Below, piece after piece: positions 14,401-25,445 of a stretch of DNA of 64,000 bases. A model generated the notes under the pieces. It searched no databases and was not told where the DNA came from. It saw only the letters and a program-made list of their open reading frames with translations. Source of the DNA: Podarcis bocagei (taxonomy: Eukaryota); assembly GCA_964188305.1 (NCBI GenBank), contig OZ076898.1; one strand, written 5' to 3'. The number at the start of each line of letters is the position of its first letter. Position 1 is the stretch's first letter. The position numbers and the translations under genes are program-made.

Positions 14401-16743
14401 GTAGCTGTTTCAACAGACAACTGGCCCTGCAGAAGCTGGCAATATTTTCATGGTAGCTTTTGATGCTTTTCATTTGTGTTAACCTTGAAGTTGCCCTTCA
14501 CACCTGCCGCTGCCAATTCTTCTGCTTTATCCCTGCTCTCTCTCCTCCAGTTTGCCTCCTTCGAAGGCCTGTGGTCCATTCCGGGGGGAGCCCACTATGT
14601 GGAACACTGTCAGCAGTGCTATCTCTGAGTTACCCCGCCCTGCCCGGGACTTCTTTGGCTATGTGGGCTCCATAGCATTTGCTGTGCCCTTGTTCCTGCT
14701 ATTGAGGTGAGAAGGAGCTGGGTATCGGAATGGGATGCTAGTGTGGTAAGGTTCAGGTATGGATTTGAGGAGTAAAAGAGAGAGGTCTTCTGAGTCCAGA
14801 GTCCGTCTTGTGGAATGGAAAACACTGATTTATTTAAATTCTTTTTACCCCATTGTTAAGGTGCAAAAGACACTCAGCATGGCAGTTTACAATGATCACT
14901 AGTAAGATGGCCCCTCTCCTCAGGTTTACAGTCTAAAGAGCACAGCACAAAAGGAAATAAAATTGGGAGGGAGGAGGAAAAAAACCAAACACAGGTGCTA
15001 GTTTTAAGTTACAAAGTTATTTGGGGTTCTTTTGCTGTGTGGGGAAGCAAGTTCTCTATGGTTGATCCTTCTCTGGTTGATCCCCTCCTTGCTATTCTTC
15101 TTTTTGGGATATGGAGGGAGCAGCCTCACAGCACAATGGTCCCCTGATGGCAGAGACCATTGTGTGCTGTCTTTCACCTGTATAGTCTCAGGGGAACTGC
15201 AGTGCCATTGCCACCTGTCTTCTCTCATCTGTCTTTTTTTCTTTTTAAACCTTCCTAGCATCCTCATGTTCTTCCTCAAGGCACTGGCTGACTCCTACAG
15301 CTCTGTGGTCAAAGGCCTTAAATGGCAGCTCCGTTTGGTAAGTGGTTCCCAGCAGGTTGGGATAGCCAGTGTGATGCCTTTCAGGTGGTTTGGACTGCAA
15401 CTCCCACCTTCCCCATCCAGCATGGTCAATGGTGAGGGATGATGGGAGTTGTAGTCCAACAATATCTGGAGGATCCCACATTGTCCACATCTGACAAGGG
15501 TCACAGTTAAAGAATGGGTGGGTAGTGCAATCCACTCTCGATCAATTTTATTCTATATAGCCAAAGGCCTTTACAATGGACGACAGAGAATAAAAGGAAA
15601 CTTTCATCTAAAATCATAAAATGTAACCTGTAGCAGTTTACAGCATCAAAAGAAATTTACAACATACAAATTTAAGATTGGAGTGCATTCACATAGCTGG
15701 AACGGAGCTTCTTGGCTGCCAATGCAAATTTGGCTACCTGGTGTGTAATATATAGATGTTTATCTGCTATGAGTTCCACTGTCACTTCCTGTGCAGATCG
15801 ACCTGGAAGCCAATTAAGAATTGGCGATATAAATTTTCCTCCAGGCGTTGTATACAAGGGGCAAATCCAGCGTTGACAGGTTCAAATTGGCAGACTCAGA
15901 GGAGGAAGAGATTAACAGTGTGGTGCACACATTGATAAATGTTTTGGAAACTGAGATAATTTCCTCTCTGTTAATTCTGTTATCAGTGGCCACCAAAAAA
16001 GTTCAGTGGGAGAGATTCAGTCTCTGGCTTCGTTGATAGAAGGGCTGGGAATACAACGGCCACTTAAGCATCAGTCAAAGAGAAGACACTGCTTTGCATA
16101 AAGTTTACACATGCATAGATCAGAGGTGAAAAATAGCTGTCAAATGCAGCCCTTCAAGCCTCTATCTGGTCCTCAAGTCTCTTCCCCAGGCCACCGCACA
16201 CACTTACCCTGGCTTTTGACACTTGAGGTGTATGCTTTTAGGACTCAACTTACTATCTTCTGCCAGTATCAGGAGGAGACCTCTGCTGCCAGCCACAGTA
16301 ACCAGTGTGATGCTAGAATAATCTAACTTGCTATTCAGTAGTTTCTTTAAAGATGTCTGTCCCATCACTATCCTGGTTGTGTGTTGAGGGGGGGGGGAGA
16401 GATGGGGGGGGAAGAGAGAGAAATTGTGGTAGGTGAACTCCATCCAAAATGGAGGGAGAGGGGAAAGGAAACCTAGTAGCATCCTCTCACCATCATTTCC
16501 AAAGTTGAGGGACGAATTTTATTTCTTCTCCCTCTTAGAAGAAAGGCAGATCTCATTTTTTTATTATTAAAAAGGAAGATTAAATGCTGAAAAATGTTAG
16601 TGATTATATGGGCTCCTTCACTCAGTGCAGTATAGGAGAGATGATGAGATAAATGCCATTGTTTTTAATTTTCTCTTTCTGTCCTTCAGGAGGGTCAGGA
16701 CAAACTTTTCCTGGTGAAACAGATCTCTGAGCTGAGCCAGTGA
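1830..16743 (+). CDS. TMC4: Transmembrane channel-like protein 4, 16 coding exons, about 714 aa
   Basis: Exons: 1830-1878, 3119-3353, 4371-4519, 4620-4781, 5736-5821, 5908-6053, 6150-6297, 7858-8031, 9166-9329, 10088-10214, 10570-10667, 12777-12963, 13148-13278, 14551-14706, 15259-15337, 16690-16743. All introns GT-AG, phases consistent, 2145 nt in total. Contains the TMC signature [13 protein letters not shown] and the segments [41 protein letters not shown] and [11 protein letters not shown]. Position next to LENG1/CNOT3 supports TMC4 over other TMC paralogs. The first exon and start codon are the least certain part. Confidence 0.93.
2330..2497 (+). mobile_element. LINE 3' end (L2-like) with (TTA)n tail
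   Basis: GCCCGGCTTCGGCTGGGGAGG...GATATAAATA followed by (TTA)n; the same end recurs at 36805-36893. Family assignment tentative. Confidence 0.55.
2681..2991. mobile_element. hAT-type MITE with an internal tandem duplication
   Basis: AGGGGTCAGCAAACT...AGTTTGCCTAC ends, flanking GCCTAGA repeat (imperfect TSD), and CAGAGATGCATTTTAAATAAAAG present twice internally. Confidence 0.6.
3507..3653. mobile_element. hAT MITE
   Basis: TIR CAGTGGTGTATCGTGGG / CCCACGCTACGCCACTG; 8-bp TSD TACACACC at 3499-3506 and 3654-3661. Confidence 0.8.
6450..6585. mobile_element. 136-bp palindromic hAT MITE
   Basis: TIR CAGGCATAGGCAAACTC, near-perfect hairpin, 8-bp TSD GGATAGAT at 6442-6449 and 6586-6593. Confidence 0.85.
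8377..8874. mobile_element. hAT non-autonomous element, about 500 bp
   Basis: Ends CATAGCTGTCAA / TTTACAGCTATT, repeated AAATAAGGG subterminal motifs, TSD CTCAGCAC/CTCAACAC. Confidence 0.7.
10954..10993. repeat. (CCTT)n microsatellite
   Basis: Seen directly. Confidence 0.95.
11993..12167. mobile_element. hAT MITE
   Basis: Imperfect TIRs CAAGGGTGCCAACT / AGTTGGCTCCTATG; 8-bp TSD ATAGCAAC on both sides. Confidence 0.75.
15541..15865 (-). mobile_element. Degenerate LINE 3' end (RTE-X-like)
   Basis: Minus frame gives CPLY...FISPIL...LIADK...[16 protein letters not shown], resembling non-LTR ORF C-termini, followed by AATAAA. Family from recollection only. Confidence 0.45.
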
Positions 16744-17069
16744 ACCAAATGGATGCATAATGAGAGATCTCTTCTTCTCATCAGAAAGAATGTTAGGATA
16801 TCACTGATTTTGGCAGTATTGATTCTGCAGATTCCATCAGCTCTGTTCTTCGATGCTGGATCCCCTGGCTTTTTCACCATTCTTCATAGACAGGACTCTT
16901 GACCAATTTTGCTCTACGACAAATGTATTGTTATGTTTTATGGGTGCCAGAACGGTCCCATGTACACAGATCCTTGACCCAGCTTTGAAGTGAAATGCTG
17001 CTAGATATGTAACTGAAACAAGAAACAAACACCTGTTGGGAATTAGACTTCAGTGCTGCAATGAACCAG

Positions 17070-17235
17070 AGAACCATAGCTTAGTGGCAGAGCACCTGCT
17101 TTGCATGCAAAATATCTGAGGTTCAATCCCTGACATCTCTGGGTAGGACTGGGGAAGAGCCTGGTCTTAAAACATGGAAAGCAACTGACAGACAGTGTAG
17201 ACATTACTGGGTAGATGGATTGATGGTGCGGTCTT
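17070..17235 (+). mobile_element. tRNA-derived SINE (tRNA-Ala-like head; squamate SINE)
   Basis: A/B boxes TAGCTTAGTGG and GGTTCAATCCC, followed by body CAGTGTAGACATTACTG. Related copies at 27843-28030 (+), 46440-46620 (+), 44030-44200 (-) and about 9870-9995 (-). Confidence 0.7.
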
Positions 17236-17468
17236 GCCTTAAATCCTGGAAATAGGGTTGCCATATTTCAAGCAGTGAAAATTTGGACGGAAAAGTTGGC
17301 AAAGTTGTTGGACATAGGGCAACCCTACCCGAAAAGCTACAGTTCAGTCAGTACAGACTCACTAGACTAACTTGGAAGAAGGCCGCTTCCTGTGTTCCTA
17401 ATAGCTAAAAAATATGTGCCCCCCCCCTTGGAACAATGTTTCAATATATGTAAATGTTATGCATATTC

Positions 17469-17474
17469 AATAAA
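17469..17474 (+). terminator. Probable TMC4 polyadenylation signal AATAAA
   Basis: Canonical AATAAA about 730 nt after the TMC4 stop, in AT-rich sequence. Confidence 0.5.
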
Positions 17475-17694
17475 ATTTTATGCAATTTCTTAATTGGGTG
17501 ACAGCCTACTAAGGAAGGAGACTTTGCACATTAGTTCAGGAAGAGTTGATACATATTGAAATTTATTTGTTTACCATTATGTAGTTATTATGAGTTCACC
17601 TGTGTTTTCTTAATGTATTTGATGAATGGTGAGTGGCTTTGGAATACTGGTGCTGAGGACACAACTGTGGCTGAAGTAGGAGAACTGCCTGCTT

Positions 17695-17900
17695 GGTAGG
17701 TGCACCCACCCTGTGGAACGGCCTCTCATCAGATATCAAAGACTTTAAAAAAATATGCATTTTTGTAGACATCTGAAAGCAGCCATGTTTCTGGAAGTTT
17801 TTAATGTTTCATGTTTGGTTTTGTCCCTTTATATTTTGTTGGAAGCTGCCCAGAGCAGCTGGGGTAGCACAGTCAGATGGGCAAAGTATAAGAAATAAAT
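17695..17900 (+). mobile_element. LINE (L2-like) 3' fragment
   Basis: CTGTGGAACG...AGACATCTGAAAGCAGCC...GGAAGCTGCCCAGAG...CAGTCAGATGGGC; a related sequence lies inverted at 49250-49355. Confidence 0.5.
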
Positions 17901-18149
17901 TCCTCCTCCTATAGCTACACAGGGCCTCACATGCAATTGATGGATTCAAGTACAGTATAACACATAATTGAAAACGTTTCAAAAAGTGTAGCTTTATGCA
18001 ACGTGTGTTAAGGCAAGAGGGAAATGACTGTTTCGAATATATGAAGACTACTACTGAGAATAAGCGGTAGTCGGTTTATGTCGGAGACTAAAACGGGGGT
18101 CATTTTCCGTTTCTGATGTAACCTGGGCACACGTGCAATAGAAGCTATT

Positions 18150-18740
18150 ATTGGAAGAAGACTTGTAACAATGTGTCGCAAGAACGCAGCACCTCCCGGG
18201 AAATCGGGGGTTTGATTTAGATGCAGTGACGCAGAGCCTAATAAATTCTCAGGCGCCGTTACTGAAACGAACGTGTGTGACTCTGCACCAATCAAGCCGC
18301 GGAACCAAAGGAGCACGAGCCAATCAGAACAAAGTACGAACTCAACATTCCGTCAGATTGTAAGAGCGGCGCGAGATGACGCAAGGGGCACGTACAGAGA
18401 CGGCGCGAGCACCCCACCAATCAAAAGCAGAGGGCGGGACTAGACTGCCGGAGAATAGACTGACACCGGAAACGGAAGCTAGGAGGGCGGAAGCTTCGGA
18501 AAGAAACAGCAAGAGCCAGAATGAACATTCTTCCCAAGAAGTCATGGCACGTGAGGAACAAAGACAACGTGGCCAAGGTGCGGCGGGACGAGGCGGAGGC
18601 CGAAGCGCAGCGGCAGAAGAAGGAGGCCCGAGCACTACTCGCTGAACAGGAGGTACGTTGTCACCAAGGCGCATGCGCGAAGATTTGCGCGTGCGCAGTT
18701 TTCTAGTCTGCGCGATGTCTCCCTTGCGCATGCGCTTAGG
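18150..18740 (+). promoter_or_regulatory. LENG1 CpG-rich promoter and first-exon island
   Basis: CpG-dense. CCAAT boxes at 18288, 18320 and 18417; GC box near 18432; tandem ETS-like CCGGAAACGGAAG near 18466; NRF1-type GCGCATGCGC at 18669-18678 and 18726-18735 in intron 1. Confidence 0.75.
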
Positions 18741-21700
18741 CATCTACTCTACCAGTTTAAATTGATGTCAAAAGGCAAACATATGAGGATGGTGGTTGGG
18801 CGAGTGGAACATGGCGGAGAAAAGCCAGGCGAAGCGCTTACGGGTGGGAGAAGACAGGACAATGGACTGGCGCAAATGGAAGCAGGAAAAGAAGAAGGAG
18901 AAGAAGAAATGGAAGGAGCTGAAGCTGTTGAGGAGACTGGAGAAGAAGATGATGCAGGAAGTGGCAGAGAAACAGAAAGAGGAGGCAGAGCCCATTGAAG
19001 ATAAAGGATGCAACTACACAGTCAGCGTCGCCCTTCCGGGCTCCATTCTCAGCAACACCCAGTCGGCAGAGTTGCGGACATACCTTGCTGGGCAGATCGC
19101 CAGGATTTGCGTCATCTTCTGCATGGACGAGATTGTGGTGTTTGATGAGCAAGGGGAGGATGCAAAGACAGTGGAAGGTGAATTTGAAGGGATCAAGAAG
19201 AGAGGTCAGGCCTGTGTGCAGCTGGCCCGGATTCTGCAGTACTTGGAATGTCCCCAATACATTAGGAAGTCTTTTTCCCCCAAACACCAGGACCTCCAGT
19301 TTGCAGGGGTCTTAAACCCCTTAGATAGCCCCCACCATGTGTGGATAGGTGAGGAATTGGAGTATTGGGAAGGAGTGGCTTTGTCATGACCCACCAAGCC
19401 TGGCCGGGGATCCTTTGTGAACTGTGGAATGCAAAAGAAGGTACAGATTGATAAGCAGCTGGAGGCAGGCCTTCGTGTTACAGTGCGTCTCAACCCACAG
19501 AAAAATCCAGAGAGCCAAACACAGAAGGGGGGTGGTTGTTTCATCACACCAGCTTCGAACTGCTTCTGGGCTCTACTGGGGCTACAGTGTCTGCTTGGCA
19601 TCCTGTCTGAGTGTTGTGTTTGCTGAGTCCCCATATAAAGAAGGCTACGATCTCTCCATTGGAACCTCTGAGCAAGGGACCTCTGTGGACCAGGCAACAC
19701 TGACTCCTTTCAGACATGCTTTGATAGTTTTTGGAGGCAAGCGTGGACATGGACCTGAACCTGGAGGTCACAGATCCAAGCACCTTGTTTGACTTTTATT
19801 TGAATACCTGTCCAGGGAAGGGCAGCCGCATCATCAGGACTGAGGAAGCAATTCTCATCTCTCTGTTGGTGCTGAGACCTCATATCAGTGAAGCAGTGAA
19901 GAAAGGCAGTGGCCTCCGAATAGAAGCAGAAACTCAAGCATCCAACACGGGCAGACCATCATCAATCTTTACCTCTTCCAGCCAACTTAAGACCGAAATG
20001 TGAAGCTGGACCATCTTCTCTCTCTGTTGGGAGGTCAGGAAACTCACCTCTCTGCTGCCACTGGATGGCAGTGAAACAGGTTGGAGCATCCAGACACAAA
20101 CAGAGGGGGAAGGGGGAAAGGACTAGCTCAGTTGCCACTTCTCAGAATCATCAAACTTGGGAAACAGTGAAGACCTAAGTGTGGCGATTGACTGGGGGAT
20201 GATGCCCTCTAGCCCAAATGCAATCTGTTGCAACCACATTCATGTTTAACACAGGAGCAACAACTTTATCCACAAAATTAAGACTGCTATACCTACAGTT
20301 TAAGAAGAAACGTATCAAGTGTGTGACCTAATGTGATAATATTCCAGTAGTATCTTGATCAATGAAATGGCCAAACCTTTTTAGGTGTAAACCAGTGGTT
20401 CCCAAAGTGGGCAATACTGCCCACTGGTGGAGGGCAGTGCAATTACTTAGCAGAGCAAAAAGGACTATCAGGTATTAAAAAGCTGGTATCACTGGATCAA
20501 GTTCATCAATTTTGTTGAATTAAATTAAATAGTTTTAATTGGGGGGAGAGGCAAACATATAAAAGTCAAGTATAATGAAGCACCTGAATTCATACACACT
20601 ATTTCCAAAACTTGCTATATTAAATAGTTAACCACCAGTTACCATTGTTGTGAATGTCACTGTGCTTGATCCTGTATACATTTGAGCATTGAACAGAAGT
20701 GTTCCAGACATAAGATACCTCTTACATTTCATAGAATATTATATATATTTTTCTATACCCAGGAGTGTGTACATATATGCTACTCTGCCAACTATGGATA
20801 ACATTTCATACATCAGATTTAACGGGCTGTAGTCCACAGAAACGTGTGTCACAATAAACCTGATAGTCTTAAAATGCCACACGAATTTGTGTTGCTGCTC
20901 TTGTGTTCATATTGTATATATACCATGTTGCTGCTTTTTTGTTTATAACACTTGCTCTTGACTTCTGTCCACCCAGTTATTTGTGAAAATACATGAATTT
21001 AAAAGTGGTGGGCTTAGTGGTTCCCCAATACATGCACACACTTAACATTTTTGCTTTGTCCCAGTCTTATTCTATCATAACTCCTGTCTCCAGTAATAGA
21101 ATAGATTTATTGTTAATTTGACTGCAAAGTGGCTATCTTGCAATGAGTCACAGGCTTTTAGAGAATAATGTAAGAGATTGGAAAGGAAAGGGCAGGTTGG
21201 CTATCGTAGCAGAGAAATGTGCCACAGCATGGTAACTATGCAGGCAGGGACGGCAGGGAATTGCACCTTGGGCAAATTCTTCTCCTTTGATCCTAGGCCC
21301 GGACTGAATTCCTACGCAAGAAAGCACGCCTGTCAGCTCCAGGAGGTGATGACAGCAGCTCGGACATCCTCGCTTTAGGCTCAGAAAGGCCCTCACGCCA
21401 TCTAAATCTCTTTCAAGAGTTGGAAGAAAGTGGCAACAAAGAATATGAGGAGGAGAAGAGGCAAGAGAAGGTAATGGGAGGAGGGGAGCTTGTTGTGGAG
21501 GCTTTCTTTTCACCAGCTGCAAACTTGGTGGTCTAAAGGGCTCCAACCCAGCCAGGGTGCAACATGAACTCCTTTGCCCCACTTGCAGAAAATAACTCTG
21601 GCAGAGTTGGTGTGGGGTGGTTTGGGTTCTTGCTACCCTCTGGCTGTGCAAGGGCAAAATGTGGAGGGCTTGTAGCATACATATTCAGGGGTTTATTTAT

Positions 21701-24093
21701 CTGGCAAAGAAATTTATTTTTGAAGTATCTGTTCCCACGTGCCTGTCATACATATGGAACCCTGGTTTGCCATGTCCTTTGTGCTCGACGTGCTTCTCCT
21801 TCCAGAAAATATAGGCTTCCAGCTTCCACCCTTTTGGGTTAGCCTTCATTGTAATCTGTTACTGCCTGGTAAGTACTCACTGGAAGGAAAAGAATATACT
21901 GTAGTGAGGGCCAGTGAATGGTCTGGGAGCATTCAATGCTGTAACATTGTTGAAGCTAAGTGGATAGAGGGGACCTGAGCAGTATCTGGCTCAGGGATAG
22001 CCAATACAACCCCCTCCATATGTTGTTGGGACTCCAACTCCCATCAGCCTTAGTTAGCATGGCCAATGGTCAGGGATGGTGGGAGTTATAGTCAAGCAGC
22101 ACCTTTGACTCCCCCAATATAGGGGAAATAGGGATGTAAGTTGACAGTCCATGGAGCAATCTCACACAGGCAGCATTAACAGTACTTCGAGTAACACTGC
22201 TTTGGGTTATTTCACTCCTCCCAGGAGCGTCGGGAAAAAGCTCTGGGTATCCTCACGTACTTGGGCCAGAGTTCAGCAGAGGCCCAGACGAGTCGTCCTT
22301 GGTACCAGGAGCTGCCAGAACGCAGTGAGGCCGTCGCCAAAGATGAGAAGCTGAAAGGGAAGTTGGATCCCCTGGCCGAGATGGAAAGGCACTTGTGGAA
22401 GAAGAAGGGATCCCACAAGAAAGATGGGAAGAAAGACAAGCGGGAGCAAAAAGGAAGCGGAGGAACTCTGGCTCTCGGGTGCGTTCCTTTAGCAGCCTAG
22501 GCCACAGCACAGGACACTGCTGCTCCTTCCTGCTGGCTGAGACTGGATGCCCCAGACAACAAACACCCACCCTTAGGAGGGGCGGGGGAGGGAAGCCACA
22601 CATGTGGGAAATGCAAGGTGTGCGTTTCAGGTAGCACCTCCCAACTGTAGATGGCTGCTCTGAAAAGAGGAAAATGCTCTTTTGTATAAAGTAGAGGGGA
22701 GTTTTACAGAGCAGCAGTTACAGCCAAGTCTTAAGAAATAGGTCAATGAGTGTGAGGGGGGTCGTTTGCCTGCTTTTGTGCTGCTTCAAAGAATCCAGCT
22801 CTCAGAGATAAAAGACTTAACAGTAATTTGTCAAAGTAATAAAATTGACTCCTGCTCTGTTGCAGGGTGGGATATTGGCCCTGGAAAAGTGGTGGAGGGG
22901 GACTGGAAGTTCAGCCTTTAAGTATTGCCCCCTACTGACCATGCAGTGCCTTTGTCAGGTGTTGAAAGGAGAATATAGGGCAGGTGTGGGGAACCTTTGG
23001 CCTGACAGATGTTGCTGAACCTCAGCGCTACCCCTAAACTTACGTCCCCTCCCCTACATTTTATTGGCAATAGCCTCTGTTGCATCCCAGGACAAGAGCA
23101 TAAAACAGCAGGAGAAGAGCACAAAACAAGAGATTCCTGTAGGCAGGATGGTGAGGATTACAGACATTTTGAGGGTCCAATCTACACTTCCGGACACGGG
23201 TGGCGCTGTGGGTTAAACCACAGAGCCTAGGACTTGCCGATCAGAAGGTCGGCGGTTTGAATCCCCATGACGGGGTGAGCTCCCGTTGCTCGGTCCCTAC
23301 TCCTGCCCACCTAGCAGTTTGAAAGCACGTCAAAGTGCAAGTAGATAAATAGGTACCACTCTGGCGGGAAGGTAAACGTTTCCATGCACTGCTGTGGTTC
23401 GCAAGAAGCTGCTTAGTCATGCTGGCCACATGACCCGGAAGCTGTACGCCGGCTCCCTCGGCCAATAAAGCGAGATGAGTGCCGCAACCCCAGAGTCGGC
23501 CACAACTGAACCTAATGGTCAGGGGTCCCTTTACCTTTACCTATCTACACTTCAGTTTCTAACCCAGGCATGCGGAACCTCAGCCCCAGGCATAAACTCA
23601 GCCTTCTGGGGCTGTTTGGCTCTTGAGACTTTCCAGGCCGCATCCCTCTCACCAGCTCCACTTTGCACCCTTAAACTCTGATAGTTTTTGCTGCCTCAGA
23701 TGGATAGAGGAGGATATGCAAGTGTAAAGAAGCTAGTCTATTGCGTACAAAGGTAAAATACATATTTTTTGCTTTTGTCTCTGGTCCTGCCTACCACCAG
23801 AATGCCCTCTGCCAACACAGCCTCTGGGCTGAAAAGGGCTCCAAACTCCTCTTCTTAAACCCTTTTGTTTCCACTTCAGGCCTGCCCCTTCCTCAGCATC
23901 GTCGTCATTGGAGCAACTGCGCCAGGAGAGGTTGCGCCGCGAGAAGGCAGAGCGAGCCCGCGCTGAGAGCCTTCTAGCCCAAAGGGCAGGCACCCTCCCA
24001 CTCCAGGAGGAGGAAACGGACGAAAGAAAACGGGGCTACAACTCTCAGTTTAACCCGCAGCTGGCAAGAAAGAGGGTCTGGGAACCACAGTGA
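18521..24093 (+). CDS. LENG1: Leukocyte receptor cluster member 1, 4 exons, about 257 aa
   Basis: Exons 18521-18652, 21297-21470, 22225-22478, 23880-24093 (774 nt, phases consistent). Characteristic N-terminus [24 protein letters not shown], plus [30 protein letters not shown] and C-terminal [11 protein letters not shown]. Confidence 0.93.
18785..20548 (+). pseudogene. SPOUT1: Processed (intronless) pseudogene of SPOUT1/C9orf114 SPOUT methyltransferase in LENG1 intron 1
   Basis: ATG at 18811 and uninterrupted homology: [54 protein letters not shown]. Premature TGA at 19387-19389, +1 G in the run at 19527-19532, deletion near 19731-19738, terminal stop at 20001-20003. Direct repeat AGGCAAACATAT at 18773-18784 and 20549-20560. 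Confidence 0.92.
23191..23542 (+). mobile_element. Sauria SINE, full length
   Basis: GGTGGCGCTGTGGGTTAAACC head, BovB-like 3' end, (ACCTTT)n tail, 11-bp TSD ATCTACACTTC at 23180-23190 and 23543-23553. Confidence 0.9.
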
Positions 24094-24643
24094 GGTGTCG
24101 TGCAAGTGTGATATTACCAGGCACTGCAATGAGACAATAGCAGTAGCAATGCTGTCAGGGAAAGCATGTTATCCTGCGGTATCAAGAGAGGAATGCTGTC
24201 AGAACCAATTTTCTTCAAGAGGAATATGCATAATTTTCTTCTTGCTCAGTGCAACATATTTATTGAATTCATACCCTGGCCTGGGGCGTGGACACGTTCT
24301 GGTCAATGTACGGTAATCAGGATTAGGCTGAGGAAGACTTTGGCATGTGGGCTTCAGTAATACACACACTCACCTTATCACTCGTTTTCTAGATTAGGGC
24401 TAGGTCAGAGGCTGCTCCACCAGCTATGGAATCAATCAGTTGCCTGCCTTGGGACCGTTGTGTACAATGGCAGCTGGATAACAAGTTCTGACTATTTACA
24501 CCAGCCCCCCCCCCCCCCAAGACCTGAACTCTCCCTATTCATCTTTGTTTTCCTCAAGGAAATTGGTGTAGGCCAAAGCCTGTCAGTATCTATTGTGCAG
24601 GATATGTGTCAGTATCTACTGTGTTTTGAAATGGATTCTGGGC

Positions 24644-24649
24644 AATAAA
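24644..24649 (+). terminator. Probable LENG1 polyadenylation signal AATAAA
   Basis: AATAAA about 550 nt after the LENG1 stop, followed by GT-rich sequence. Confidence 0.55.
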
Positions 24650-25156
24650 GGACACACAACATCTGGTGCTTTGTGTTCATGAGTCTCCACAGGAAGTAGT
24701 AGCAGTATCATCCTTCCACCAAAACGGCTCCCGGACCTGGAGGCAGCAACAAGAACATCCCTCTGCAGGGGAAGACATCTGCATGCATGCATGCTAAAGC
24801 TCATGACAGAAAAGGCGTGGAAATAAGCTTCCATCCATTTCTTAAAATTAGTCTATGCTTTTGTATATGTGCAAAAGTGTGTCCTAGGCAACGCAGGCCA
24901 AAGTCTCAGAAAGAAGCCTGAATAAGTAATGGAATAGAAGCACCAACTGTGAAGGGGGAACATTAGAAAAACCCTCTTGAGTCAGGGTAGCCGCCCAACT
25001 ACTGGCCAGAGTGGCCAGGGCTGCTGTGAGTTGTAATTCCAACATCTGGAGACGGCACCGTTTGCTGCTGAACTCTAGTAGGGGCAGCTAATTTCAGTGT
25101 ACACATAAATCTACATTCCCTCATCACCCAAGTAGTACTGGGGGAAGATCTCTTCT

Positions 25157-25445
25157 ATTGTTTAGTCGTGTCTGACTCTTCGTGACCCCATGGGCCAGAG
25201 CACGCCAGGCCCTCCTGTCTTCCATTGCCTCCCGCAGTTTGGTCAAACTCATGTTAGTAGCTTCGAGAACACTGTCCAACCATCTCGTCCTCTGTGGTCC
25301 CCTTCCCCTTGTGCCCTCAATCATTCCCAACATCTTTCCCAAGAGAGTATTGACTAAACGTGATCCACCTGGAGCAGGAACCAGCAAGCCACTCCAATAT
25401 CCCTGTCAAGAAAACTCCCATGGGCAAAAACAACAGGCATATAAA
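25157..25445 (-). mobile_element. Truncated and rearranged RTE-BovB insertion
   Basis: Minus frame MLGMIEGTRGRGPQRTRWLDSV...WRALAHGVTKSQTRLN matches the RTE/BovB ORF C-terminus; 12-bp TSD AAGATCTCTTCT at 25145-25156 and 25446-25457. Confidence 0.85.

Noticed and set aside
18521-19389. In-frame LENG1-SPOUT1 fusion protein
   Set aside because: Unspliced read-through from LENG1 exon 1 stops at 18704-18706. The nearest plausible acceptor (CTACCAG at 18755) enters a different frame from SPOUT1 and ends at 18998.
19387-19389. Selenocysteine or read-through at the internal TGA of the SPOUT1 copy
   Set aside because: The position corresponds to a conserved Arg (CGA>TGA) and two downstream frameshifts break the ORF anyway.
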